Under the pieces are notes generated by a model. It saw only the letters and a list, made by a program, of their open reading frames with translations. It did no database searches and was not told the origin of the DNA. A DNA stretch of 37,874 bases, from assembly GCA_007119395.1 (NCBI GenBank), contig SKPS01000251.1, positions 1 to 37,874 on the forward strand, in the 5' to 3' direction. The translations under genes and the position numbers were made by a program. Positions 19,901 to 28,388 of this stretch are shown here, in pieces; position 1 is the stretch's first letter; the number at the start of each line of letters is the position of its first letter. Source of the DNA: Lentimicrobiaceae bacterium (GTDB taxonomy: Bacteria; Bacteroidota; Bacteroidia; Bacteroidales; SKPS01).

Positions 19901-22090
19901 ACCTAAATAGGCAATGGCTCCTTTGTTGGGGGTGAGCACAAACTCCTCACTTTTGGTGAAGGTGTTGTTAAACAGATCACCCGAATAACACGAATTGGCT
20001 ATGACAAGCGGATACCTCCCCTCATTTTGGTAGGTACTGACGGCATCGGTGCTGATATCGAACCCTGTAGCAGAACCGTGACCATAGAACGACATGATTC
20101 TGATCCCACTGTTGATCAGGTTCATCAGCTGTTGTGACTGGATAATCTCTATAGGCTGTGTTGTGGTTTTCAGGAAAGTAGTCACCTGTCCACCGAAATA
20201 GGGTGCTTCCAGTTTCTTCTCCCATTTGGCAAGGCTCGTTCTGATGGCTGTTTGTTCGCCCGCATTGATACCGCCTCCCAGATGAATCGCCCTTTTCATC
20301 CACATCTCATTGCGTAGCCTGAGAGAATCTTCGTATTGCCTCACCTTGTGCAGGTATGACAAAACCTGCCCCGGATCAGTCGCAGCCAGCCGGCCGATGC
20401 TGTGATCCTGCACATGCACAGGGCTCAGCCGGTTGATATACTTGTTGTCAGTGGCAGGATGCCCCCAGCCCGGCACCAGTGAATTCCTGAAGGCGTTGGT
20501 GTCTCTTCTGGTATGCAGTGTTGAATACCCCTTGCCAATGATAAAAATGGTTTGTGGCAGCACCTGGTGGTCGTACAGGTACTTCAGGAAGTTCTCAATG
20601 GCCAGCGGGTTGTTTCTGATGCCGTAAGAAAACTGTTCATACAGCGATTCCACGTTCTCTATCACAGGATCGTAGAGCGTGGGATACCCATTGTTGCGGC
20701 GGTATGTGGCATACGCATCGGCTGCCTGTTGCAAGGAGGGGTGTGTGATGATCAGGTAGTCGTGGCTGTTTTGCTGGTAATAGGTGAGGTAGTCGGTAAA
20801 CCTGTGACCTGTGGTTAAAGGGTATAACGCTGTGATGTTACGGATCATCCCTTCTGACGAGAGGAAGCACTCTTTTTCAGAGGGGTTTCCGGGCAGTGAG
20901 TTGGGTATAAGCATCTCTCTGGTATTGCCGGTAGTGGCTACCACGATGCGTCGTTGGTTGGTCAGATCGTACAATATGGGTTCTCCGAAAGGGACGGAGA
21001 GTTGCGTAAGCGACAAGTATGTTTTGGTATGGTTGGGATGATCGGGGATATACATCCAGCGTTCTGTGGCGTTGTTGAGGTTTGTGCCATGAGGGAAGGT
21101 GAGTTCTGCTCTGACAATCGAGTTACGGTCGCTGCGGGTGGGTTCCATCGACGGGTTGGTGCTCAGGTCATCAACAGCGGCGAAGTGAAATGAGGTTGAG
21201 AACCCTGTTGAGAGGGAGGTTGCAGGAATCTGTACCGAGCGCCTCATTACCTGGTATCCGAAGTAGGTGAAATCATCGAGGTGCCCTGATGCACCGGCTA
21301 TGGATACCCTTACATGGTGGTTCTTCCCCGGGTGAGCCGGAAACTGGTATATATACCTCGACCGCCCTACAATAGTGTACTGTAGCGTGGCAGGCGGTCC
21401 CTGCTGATAAACACCACGGGTTTGAAGATTCACTACCCTGGGGTTGGTCATGTTGGGGTCGATGCCGAAAGGGAAGTCAACCCAACCCTCCCCATCCATG
21501 TACCTGGAGTCCTTTGAAAAATCACTTCCAAGATACCCACCGGCGAAATAGGTACCCGCAGGCTCAAACCACGATTTGGTCTTAAAATAGGGCGCAGCAG
21601 CTCCATAATTCCCGAAATCCACGCTGCTCTCAATGATCAATCGCTTGTTGTTTGTGCCGGAACCGATGGTGAGGAAATAATACGCCGTATCTGTAAAAAG
21701 GCTGTATCGCTGGTTCACAGCAAACGAAGAGTCATGAAAGAGTTGCTTGTCGGGCTGTGCATCGTTGCCACTGCCGAAGAATTCAATGTAGTCACCATCA
21801 TTGAAGACGCCATCCTGTTCACCATGTACATAAATCGCCACCTCTTCCCCGTTACGGAACAGTTGTAGTCGTCGCGGATCAAAGCCCGGTGAGGTAAGCA
21901 CCCCTGAAAGCGCAAGTGTAGTGGAATCAATACGGTAAATGCCGGTTTGAACCACCGGAAACTTCCAGTAGTCCTGTTGTAAGGTTTGTAACACCCAATC
22001 ATTGCCGGTGCTGTGCTGTGATATCAGGGCGCCGGGAGCAAAGAGGGAGATGCCCAATAACCAGAACCATATAACGAGCTTGTGTCTCAT
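16946..22090 (-). CDS. porU: PorU-like C25 (gingipain-family) cysteine peptidase / T9SS sortase, unusually long (about 1714 aa)
   Basis: The start is set at ATG 22090 (MRHKLVIWFWLLGISLFAPGALISQ, a signal peptide); ATG 22099 is an alternative. PorU-type N-terminal motif: YWKFPVVQTGIYRIDSTTLALSG. C25 motif: DYLIITHPSLQQAADAYATYRR. A His/Cys dyad is formed by SFYGHGSA (His codon 20078-20080) and IANSCYSG (Cys codon 19988-19990), 30 residues apart. The C-terminus is CTD-like: NWPNPFTTKTHFVF...NGVYLYRV. Confidence 0.8.
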   Translation of the reverse strand: MRHKLVIWFWLLGISLFAPGALISQHSTGNDWVLQTLQQDYWKFPVVQTGIYRIDSTTLALSGVLTSPGFDPRRLQLFRNGEEVAIYVHGEQDGVFNDGDYIEFFGSGNDAQPDKQLFHDSSFAVNQRYSLFTDTAYYFLTIGSGTNNKRLIIESSVDFGNYGAAAPYFKTKSWFEPAGTYFAGGYLGSDFSKDSRYMDGEGWVDFPFGIDPNMTNPRVVNLQTRGVYQQGPPATLQYTIVGRSRYIYQFPAHPGKNHHVRVSIAGASGHLDDFTYFGYQVMRRSVQIPATSLSTGFSTSFHFAAVDDLSTNPSMEPTRSDRNSIVRAELTFPHGTNLNNATERWMYIPDHPNHTKTYLSLTQLSVPFGEPILYDLTNQRRIVVATTGNTREMLIPNSLPGNPSEKECFLSSEGMIRNITALYPLTTGHRFTDYLTYYQQNSHDYLIITHPSLQQAADAYATYRRNNGYPTLYDPVIENVESLYEQFSYGIRNNPLAIENFLKYLYDHQVLPQTIFIIGKGYSTLHTRRDTNAFRNSLVPGWGHPATDNKYINRLSPVHVQDHSIGRLAATDPGQVLSYLHKVRQYEDSLRLRNEMWMKRAIHLGGGINAGEQTAIRTSLAKWEKKLEAPYFGGQVTTFLKTTTQPIEIIQSQQLMNLINSGIRIMSFYGHGSATGFDISTDAVSTYQNEGRYPLVIANSCYSGDLFNNTFTKSEEFVLTPNKGAIAYLGSSNYSTIDALNLINDTLYHYMSRAGYGKTLGELTRHAMRPLSTSTIFYHVASYQQTTLHGDPAIVLSVQELPDYQISPSQVFFKPSDISNELDSFAVHIISKNPGKAVKDSFAVSIRRTFPDQQLFDTLLHLPSTAFIDTFVVMLPVEKTFGVGLNTIEVTLDALFQIQESDETNNSTSVPLHIKASSLLPIYPYEYAVVADPQVTLYASTIDPFSSHKRYHFELSDNPGFSTVLASSSLQGTGGVFSWTPPITLIDSAVYFWRVSVDSLDHPEGITDWRHSSFRYIPGRTGWAQAHPHQFTKNQYQNIVHHPAAGVFEFISGQREIIAQTGMFPSLHANQHYYSINGNFKYQSSEIIKHSLPGGFIFAVFDTIAAEPIRAINTSSTWSGNWGNYQAPATQLNAFEFPTHSSHWTSRLAAFFDSIPAGHYVLAYSIKDHHAGSLPEAVLQGFESIGSASIRNLPSGSSYIIFGQKGAPIGDPNKVHEVVSTGSSDTTRILRLLDINWYQGTILSTEIGPAKEWGSAFWKQSPLASDPQNTDSVKFSLVPIDRFGNPHHIAALADIKPHPDSIVNLSQILDAEVYPTLRFEAKMRDDVYRTPAQLHSWMVYYTPVGETALDPSSRFTFHHDTIQQGDSLRFSIATRNISNQPMDSLLVHSWIVDSHRQTHKSTYRRYREHPAGDTLFIDHFTLPTATLTPGLATLIIEVNPVNPQTGFYDQPEQTHINNMAEIHFEVTADDQSPLLDVTFDGIRILDGDIISAQPMIEIQLNDENPFFLFNQPEDTALFRVYLRSPHESEFQQLFFRKGGVEQMIFYPASGTNNQCRILFPADFLGRDGTYLFRVEATDKSYGESGSVSYQISFKVISQASITEVLNWPNPFTTKTHFVFTLTGHEVPTDFRIQIMTISGRVIRELTMAELGPINLGRNITMGYWDGTDEFGDRVANGVYLYRVHSSIRDRQIERAASGADPYFREGWGKMYLMR

Positions 22091-22188
22091 AAACAACATA
22101 TTGTCAGTGCTTTTGCCATGTTCAGGTGAAGCGCCCGGATGGGTGGATCCGGGTTGCCGTTGGCCCGTTGAACAGGTTCTGCACGCCA

Positions 22189-22196
22189 CAAAGATA
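22189..22196 (-). promoter_or_regulatory. candidate internal -7 box upstream of porU (TATCTTTG on the minus strand)
   Basis: The + strand caaagata is TAnnTTTG on the minus strand. It lies in the only sizeable gap of the array (about 173-182 nt, MBOAT stop to porU start), 90-99 nt upstream of the porU ATG. Confidence 0.3.
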
Positions 22197-22272
22197 GCGA
22201 TCAAATAGAAACCAACGCATAATGAAACAATCCATTGTATGGTTTGTTGATGCAGCAACCACAAGACCAAGG

Positions 22273-23940
22273 CTAAAACTGGAAATAGATAAATGGCTGC
22301 ATGTCGGCTGAGATCGACTGGTAAATGATAAACACCACTACACAGCTGATCACGACCTTCGCCCACATCGGAGTGCGTATAAACCATTGCTGATACTTCT
22401 CTTTCAAACGGCTTGGCCACCAATGCAGGATAAATCCAAACAACATCATCAAAAACACATTTTTATACCCCACTAAGATATCCGGAATCAACCCCCACTG
22501 GAAGTCGTTGGCAATCTGATGCATCAGTTCATAAGTGCCCTCCATGGATTCACCCCTAAACCAAATGCGCGTAAAGGTGATAAAATTGAAGGTCAGAAAG
22601 ATCTTCCACACCGTAGCAAGTCCGTGATTTGCTTTTTCCCACGGGCTGATCCGCCGCCAGTACTTGTAAAAGATCACCCCCAAGCCATTCAATCCACCCC
22701 AAATCACGAACATCCAGCTGGCACCGTGCCATAAGCCGCCCAGCAACATGGTGAGCAGGATGTTGATGTTGGTAGTGATGTGTTTCTTTAGTGATGGGAT
22801 CAGCCTGGTAAGGAGCCAGATAATTGAGAAAGAGCCTGCCATGATGGGTATCAGCAGCAGTTCGCCCGATATCATAATCACAAAGAGGAGGATGGCGGAG
22901 AGACTGATCCAGGTAAACAGTGACCCGCGACGGTTTCCTCCCATTGGGATGTAGAGATAATCTTTCAACCACGACGACAGAGAGATGTGCCACCTTTGCC
23001 AGAACTCGCCCGTGTTCCTGGCTTTATAGGGTGAGTTGAAGTTCTTCGGCAACCGGAAGCCCATGAGCAGTGCAACCCCTATGGCAATATCAGTGTAGCC
23101 TGAGAAATCACAATAGACCTGAAGTGAATAGCCGTATAGGCTCATCAGGTTTTCAAACCCTGTGTAACTAAGGTGGTTGCTGAAGACCCGGTCAATGAAG
23201 TTCACCGCGATATAGTCGCCAATTAAAATCTTCTTGATCAACCCCTTCAGGATCATCCAGACAGCCAGTCCAAACTCAGCCTTTGTAAGGGAAAAGTCTT
23301 TGTATAACTGTGGGATAAAATCGGCAGCGCGAACAATAGGCCCCGCCACCAGCTGAGGGAAGAACGAGACATAAAATCCGAAATCGATCAGGTTGTTTAC
23401 AGGCTTCACCAGCCCTCGGTAAACATCCATCGAATAGCTGATGGTTTGAAATGTGAAGAAGCTGATGCCAACGGGTAGCAGAATAGCCCCTACATCGAAC
23501 CGGGTTCCGGTGGTAGTATTGGCAATCAAGGCCAGGTGATTCACCACCTGGTACTGTGTTCCGATGAAATTGTTGAATGACTCAACAAAGAAGTAGGCGT
23601 ATTTGAAGTAGCTGAGCAGTCCCAGGTTCACAAAAATACTCAAGCCGACCAATAGCTGTTTGGCGAGGGGTTTTTTACTGCGGTATATTCCCCTGCCTAT
23701 AAAAAAGTCGGCAAGGGTTGAGAATATCAGAATAAAGAAAAAGAACCCTGACGATTTATAGTAGAAGAACAGGCTTGCGAGGAAGAGGTATCCGCAACGG
23801 ACTGTTTTGTTTTTTGATTTTCCCAACACCGAGTAGAATATCAGCACCACCAGGAAGAATGCCCAGAAGGCGAACCGTGTAAAGATCAGCGGTTGCTCTT
23901 CGTTGTAGGTGAATATGGCATGTAGATATTCCTGTATCAT
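22273..23940 (-). CDS. MBOAT-family membrane O-acyltransferase (AlgI/PatA/DltB-like)
   Basis: 555 aa and polytopic. Motifs: FFTFQTISYSMDVYRG and the conserved His block FWQRWHISLSSWLKDYLYIPMGGNR. Confidence 0.9.
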   Translation of the reverse strand: MIQEYLHAIFTYNEEQPLIFTRFAFWAFFLVVLIFYSVLGKSKNKTVRCGYLFLASLFFYYKSSGFFFFILIFSTLADFFIGRGIYRSKKPLAKQLLVGLSIFVNLGLLSYFKYAYFFVESFNNFIGTQYQVVNHLALIANTTTGTRFDVGAILLPVGISFFTFQTISYSMDVYRGLVKPVNNLIDFGFYVSFFPQLVAGPIVRAADFIPQLYKDFSLTKAEFGLAVWMILKGLIKKILIGDYIAVNFIDRVFSNHLSYTGFENLMSLYGYSLQVYCDFSGYTDIAIGVALLMGFRLPKNFNSPYKARNTGEFWQRWHISLSSWLKDYLYIPMGGNRRGSLFTWISLSAILLFVIMISGELLLIPIMAGSFSIIWLLTRLIPSLKKHITTNINILLTMLLGGLWHGASWMFVIWGGLNGLGVIFYKYWRRISPWEKANHGLATVWKIFLTFNFITFTRIWFRGESMEGTYELMHQIANDFQWGLIPDILVGYKNVFLMMLFGFILHWWPSRLKEKYQQWFIRTPMWAKVVISCVVVFIIYQSISADMQPFIYFQF

Positions 23941-23945
23941 TGGGT

Positions 23946-25235
23946 TTATGGATGTTGGGTGATGATAGGTTTTTGTTCCAGGTGATCGCCATAGCTTTTC
24001 AAGAGGGCACTGAACATCAGGTCACCTTTGAGGAGGTATCCTTCGCGGGTGAAGTGAATGCGGTCGTTTTGCATGAGGCCGTGTGAGTGCCACCGAGGTA
24101 CGGAATTGAACCCTCCCATCACCTGAAAAAAGTTCCAAACGCCGCAGTGGTGTTTTTGTGCAAGGCGGTAGATAACGGTCTCTTGTTGTATTGTAGCGGG
24201 GTTGGCGCGGCGACGGCGGAGGTACACATCGTTGGGTACTGTTAGTAAAATATCGGCTTCGGGTACGGCAGTTTGGATGGTTCTGATCAGCTCTTCATAG
24301 TTGCGTTCAAATACGCCCGGGTCGAAGCGGGTAGAGTAGCCGTCGTTGGTGCCCAGGGAGATCACCACCAGGTCGGCTTTGATGGCCTGGAGCTGTTCAC
24401 CCATCAGGTTGGCACGAAGGAATGAAGGGATGCTGGCTCCGTTGACACCGAGCGCTGAGTAGATCACGCCTGGGTGATCTGTGGTGGACTCAATGCCGTG
24501 CACTTCAATAAATGCAGGGCTGTTGTCGGTCTTGTAAAACTCCAGTGTAAAGGTGTCAACCGGTGCATTCAGCCGTATCTCTGTTATGCCTTGATGAACC
24601 TGTTGTATCGAATGAACCAGCCATGGGTCATCGGTTGCCATGGTGATGCGGTAGTTGTGTGTGGGATCGTAATGGTGCACCCTGATGATATCGCTCCCGA
24701 AAGGCAGCGATGTGTCACGGTTTGAGATGGTGATGGTGGCAAGGCTGTCACCTGTTACAACCATCATCCCTGCAAGACCGAAGTTGCAGGTTGCGTTTCG
24801 GGTGGTGTTCCTGCAATGTTGCCAACGTCCGGTATAGCCTACCGTGAAGTTGGTTGGGTTGTTGCTTCCGGTGACTCTGACGGGGAAGATCAATCCGCGC
24901 CCTCCATGCATACCGGGCTGAAGCTGCTGCAGTCGCTTGCGAACCTGGTGGGTGTAAATATCGGTTTGGATATGTGACCCGCCGATATGCACAATATGGA
25001 CCTGCCCTGTGCCATAAAAAAGCAATGAATCGAGCTTGTTGAAGAAATGCCCCAAGAGGGGTCTGTCGCCGGGTTGAATGAGCCTGTTGGTGTCGTAATT
25101 GATAAAACTATATGGCGTTACAAAGGTGGGGTCTTCCAGTGGTGTCTGACCGTTCAGCGTACAGAGAGGTGCAGCCACAACCCAAAGAAACAAAAGGATC
25201 TTACGTATATTATGATGCTGCTCCTTTCTCCCCAT
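23946..25235 (-). CDS. exported SGNH/GDSL-fold hydrolase or acyltransferase (PatB/Ape/AlgJ-X-like)
   Basis: 429 aa with a signal peptide. SGNH blocks: I HIVHIGGSHIQTD, III VISLGTNDG, V DRIHFTREG (DxxH). It lies 5 nt upstream of the MBOAT gene. Confidence 0.75.
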   Translation of the reverse strand: MGRKEQHHNIRKILLFLWVVAAPLCTLNGQTPLEDPTFVTPYSFINYDTNRLIQPGDRPLLGHFFNKLDSLLFYGTGQVHIVHIGGSHIQTDIYTHQVRKRLQQLQPGMHGGRGLIFPVRVTGSNNPTNFTVGYTGRWQHCRNTTRNATCNFGLAGMMVVTGDSLATITISNRDTSLPFGSDIIRVHHYDPTHNYRITMATDDPWLVHSIQQVHQGITEIRLNAPVDTFTLEFYKTDNSPAFIEVHGIESTTDHPGVIYSALGVNGASIPSFLRANLMGEQLQAIKADLVVISLGTNDGYSTRFDPGVFERNYEELIRTIQTAVPEADILLTVPNDVYLRRRRANPATIQQETVIYRLAQKHHCGVWNFFQVMGGFNSVPRWHSHGLMQNDRIHFTREGYLLKGDLMFSALLKSYGDHLEQKPIITQHP

Positions 25236-25236
25236 C

Positions 25237-26685
25237 TTACCGTGTGTTTTGTTTGTATTGCTGATACTCCCATATCAGGGCATTGTAGAACATATTGCCG
25301 ATGAGTCTGGCACCGCGAGGGGAGAAGTGGATATAATCGGGTGATGCCAATGGGGGATCGGCTTCAACCCATGCAGGCATCGAGTTGTATCCGCCCATCG
25401 CTTCGTACATATCCCAAAATACTCCTCCGGCCCTGAAAGTGGCATCCTTCAGTGCATCACGCACACTCTCCAGCAGGGGATAGGTCACATAGTACTCACG
25501 CTCCTTGATCGACTTGTCCGAAGGACCAATCACGATGATACAAGCTGAAGGGCGCAAGCGTTTCAAGGTGAGCAACTGGTTGTAAAACCACTGACCATAT
25601 CTGATGCACTGCTCTTCGTCTTCAAGATATGGCAAAGGGTTGCCGCCAAACTGCAGGATAAAGAGCTCTACATTGAGTTCGTTGTACATTTGCCTGAGCT
25701 GCTCGCGGTTCATTCTGTTGAAGATGGTTCCTGAGCTCCCTCTCATGGCGATGTTGTCAACCATCACTCCACCACCCGAAGAGAGGTCTACACCGTACAC
25801 ATCGGGGCTGTCATACCCTGAGAACGTAATGGTGACATTACCGGTTCCGGTGTAGGCATATACCGACTTCATGTTTTCAAAGATGGTATCACGCCGCAGC
25901 AGCCCGTCGTCACCTGTAATGGTGATGGCCACCGGCGAGTGTGTATTGCCTGCAAACACCCGCAATTGGTTGAAAGGGTATCGGGTTTCAGAGAAAGTGA
26001 CACTGGCACTTTGCCACAGAGAGTCTACAAACACTGAATCATGCACGATGGGTGCATACCGTGAGAAGCTGGCCATTGCGCCAAATCCGTTGTGTGGCAC
26101 GTCACTTCGTCTGCCGAACAGAGCATGTCGTTGCCAGTCCCCTTCCAGGGAGCGTTCCACTGCACGCGAATTGTAGAGGTCAACAACGGGCACCAGCCCT
26201 GGCCCGGAACCACCGAACTGTGACTGCAGGTTTCTACGCAATAAATGGGTGATACGGTCCCCTTCGATTTGTGAATCACCATAGTGCAAAATGCGAATCT
26301 GTCTTCGTACCAACGCCAGCGAGTCGAGTTTCCTGAAAAAGGGATAGAGCAACTGAGTGCGCCCTTCAGGGAATTCGAGGTGGCGGGTGGTTAACTCATC
26401 AATGCCTCTGAAACGGATCGTGAATGCACCCGTGGCTGTGTCTTCAGCCAATACAAGCTCCTCCTCTACCTCTTCTACAACCTTTTCTACCTTTTCTGCT
26501 GCCTCCTGAAAGGCGGTTACATCTTTGTATTCAGGTCTGTTCGGGCGAATCACATCCATTACCCCCGGGAAGTGGAGTGATATGGAGCCCACTTTCACGC
26601 CATCACTCGGGAACAGCCAAGCGATGACCCCAAGCAAGGCGATCACTGATAATACAAAAAGGGTGACTCGTCCGGGATTCATCAT
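25237..26685 (-). CDS. membrane-anchored SGNH/GDSL-fold hydrolase or acyltransferase (PatB/Ape/AlgJ-X-like)
   Basis: The start is set at ATG 26685 (MMNPGRVTLFVLSVIALLGVIAWLF, an N-terminal TM anchor), 7 nt after the upstream stop. SGNH blocks: ILHYGDSQIEGD, ILQFGGNP, DYIHFSPRG (DxxH). Confidence 0.75.
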   Translation of the reverse strand: MMNPGRVTLFVLSVIALLGVIAWLFPSDGVKVGSISLHFPGVMDVIRPNRPEYKDVTAFQEAAEKVEKVVEEVEEELVLAEDTATGAFTIRFRGIDELTTRHLEFPEGRTQLLYPFFRKLDSLALVRRQIRILHYGDSQIEGDRITHLLRRNLQSQFGGSGPGLVPVVDLYNSRAVERSLEGDWQRHALFGRRSDVPHNGFGAMASFSRYAPIVHDSVFVDSLWQSASVTFSETRYPFNQLRVFAGNTHSPVAITITGDDGLLRRDTIFENMKSVYAYTGTGNVTITFSGYDSPDVYGVDLSSGGGVMVDNIAMRGSSGTIFNRMNREQLRQMYNELNVELFILQFGGNPLPYLEDEEQCIRYGQWFYNQLLTLKRLRPSACIIVIGPSDKSIKEREYYVTYPLLESVRDALKDATFRAGGVFWDMYEAMGGYNSMPAWVEADPPLASPDYIHFSPRGARLIGNMFYNALIWEYQQYKQNTR

Positions 26686-26692
26686 GCCAAGC

Positions 26693-28357
26693 CTACCTGG
26701 TGGGAATTTTGATACGTTGCCCTGCCTGCAGGGTTCGGGGGTCACGGATGTTGTTAAGCCGCATGATCTGGTCAGCCGTAACACCCGGATGCCGGGCGGC
26801 TATTGCTGAGATGGTTTCGCCCCGTTGCACTGTGTGCCACGAAAACCCACCCGATGAGGGTTGGCTGGTCTGACGTGCCGATGCCGGCTGTGTTGCACCA
26901 CGCTGCTTTTCAGCAAAGGTCATCCTGTCAATGTTTCGATAACGCTGCTCACTCGCCTCGGGAACCCAGATGTCCAAGACCTGCCCCACACGGATGATGT
27001 CGCCCGGCAAATTGTTCCATCGACGGATATCCGATACACGTACACCGTACCAACCCGCTATGTAGCCCAGGTTATCGCCATCTTTTACTGTGTAGTTCAG
27101 CTTTACCCTGCCGGCCGGTTGCATGGGTGCCTGCACCACCGCTTCGGTGGCAACCTCTCCGCTTTCTGCCTGAACAGCCTCCTCTGATACATCTGCCGAG
27201 GCCTCTGCCGAAGCCTCCGCCACTGTCTCAGAAGCCTGGCTCATCACCACTCCTCTACGGGTCGGGAAGTATATCGAATCACGAAAATAATAAATCGAGT
27301 CAGCAAACTCAACGAAGCGAGCATGGTGCTCTGCCGGCAGGCGGAGCCAGAATACTCTCTCGTTGCCCGCCGGAATCACTCCACTCTTAAACTCCGGGTT
27401 CATATCCTGCAACAGCCCTTTGGAAACTCCCAGAAAATCAGCAGCCTGCCCAAGGTGCAAACGGTGCTCTACGGGAGCACGCATGCTTTGCAGAGGGTTG
27501 TGTATCGTGTAAGGTGTTAACCCAATCTCCTCTTGCATCTGCACCAATATGTAGCAAGCTGCAAGGGCCGGCAGGTAGTCACGCGTCTCAACCGGAAGCC
27601 ATGGGTAGAGGTCTGCATAGTCTCTTGACCCACCAGCTTTTCTGATGGCCTTGTTGATGTTTGACGGGCTGTTGGTATAGGCCGCAATGGCGAGCTCCCA
27701 GCTCTGGTAGATGGCATACAGGTCGTTCAGGTGTTGAAGGGCCGCTTTTGTTGACTTAGCCGGGTCACGCCGCTCATCAACAAAAGAGTCGATCTGAAGC
27801 CGATACAACCTGCCGTTGGTATACATAATCTGCCATAAGCCTGTTGCACCCCATGACGACACAGCTTGCAGATTCATGGATGAAAGGGCCATGGGCAGGT
27901 ACTTCAGACCTGCCGGCATCTCGTGTTCAGCAAGGATTGACTCAAAAAGTGGCAGATAGGAGGAGGTGAGCCCCAGCATAATCTCCACCTGCCTGCGGAT
28001 ACCCGGTTGGGTGTAGTATTTCAAAAACTCATACACCCTTGGTGTATAGGTCAACCCCAAAGCGGGATCCATGCCCTGTAACACCTTCTCAGCTTGTGCA
28101 GGGGTAACACTCTGTAGGGTTGAATGGTGATTCCTCTGCCCCTCCATCGATTGCTGCACAAAATACAACTTCTCTAAACCCCTTAACGCACTATCAAACG
28201 GGGCAAAGCCGGGAGGTAGCCCCTGATGTGCATTCACACCAATTGAAACAAAAGCCAGCATAAATAACAACCAAAACCTGTAAACCCGTAATGAATAGAT
28301 GTTCATTTTTATTATGTTGATTTTCATTTTCTGTAACAAGACAACCATATGCTTCAC
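26693..28357 (-). CDS. MltD-like GH23/SLT-domain protein with two C-terminal LysM domains; the catalytic Glu is apparently substituted
   Basis: SLT-domain core: YLPMALSSMNLQAVSSWGATGLWQIM...DERRDPAKSTKAALQHL...IAAYTNSPSNINKAI. Two LysM repeats: YTVKDGDNLGYIAGWYGVRVSDIRRWNNL and HTVQRGETISAIAARHPGVTADQIMRLNNI. ATG 28306 (MNIYSLRVYRFWLLFMLAFVSIGVNA, a signal peptide) is a plausible true start. Confidence 0.85.
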   Translation of the reverse strand: MKHMVVLLQKMKINIIKMNIYSLRVYRFWLLFMLAFVSIGVNAHQGLPPGFAPFDSALRGLEKLYFVQQSMEGQRNHHSTLQSVTPAQAEKVLQGMDPALGLTYTPRVYEFLKYYTQPGIRRQVEIMLGLTSSYLPLFESILAEHEMPAGLKYLPMALSSMNLQAVSSWGATGLWQIMYTNGRLYRLQIDSFVDERRDPAKSTKAALQHLNDLYAIYQSWELAIAAYTNSPSNINKAIRKAGGSRDYADLYPWLPVETRDYLPALAACYILVQMQEEIGLTPYTIHNPLQSMRAPVEHRLHLGQAADFLGVSKGLLQDMNPEFKSGVIPAGNERVFWLRLPAEHHARFVEFADSIYYFRDSIYFPTRRGVVMSQASETVAEASAEASADVSEEAVQAESGEVATEAVVQAPMQPAGRVKLNYTVKDGDNLGYIAGWYGVRVSDIRRWNNLPGDIIRVGQVLDIWVPEASEQRYRNIDRMTFAEKQRGATQPASARQTSQPSSGGFSWHTVQRGETISAIAARHPGVTADQIMRLNNIRDPRTLQAGQRIKIPTR

Positions 28358-28388
28358 TCGCTCAGTTCATTGCTTCTGCCACTCATAC

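Noticed and set aside
22091-22423. N-terminal extension of the PorU-like ORF to 22423 (the track gives 1825 aa)
   Set aside because: The extension would overlap the 3' end of the MBOAT gene by about 150 nt and lacks any signal. A clear signal peptide (MRHKLVIWFWLLGISLFAPGALISQ) starts at ATG 22090.
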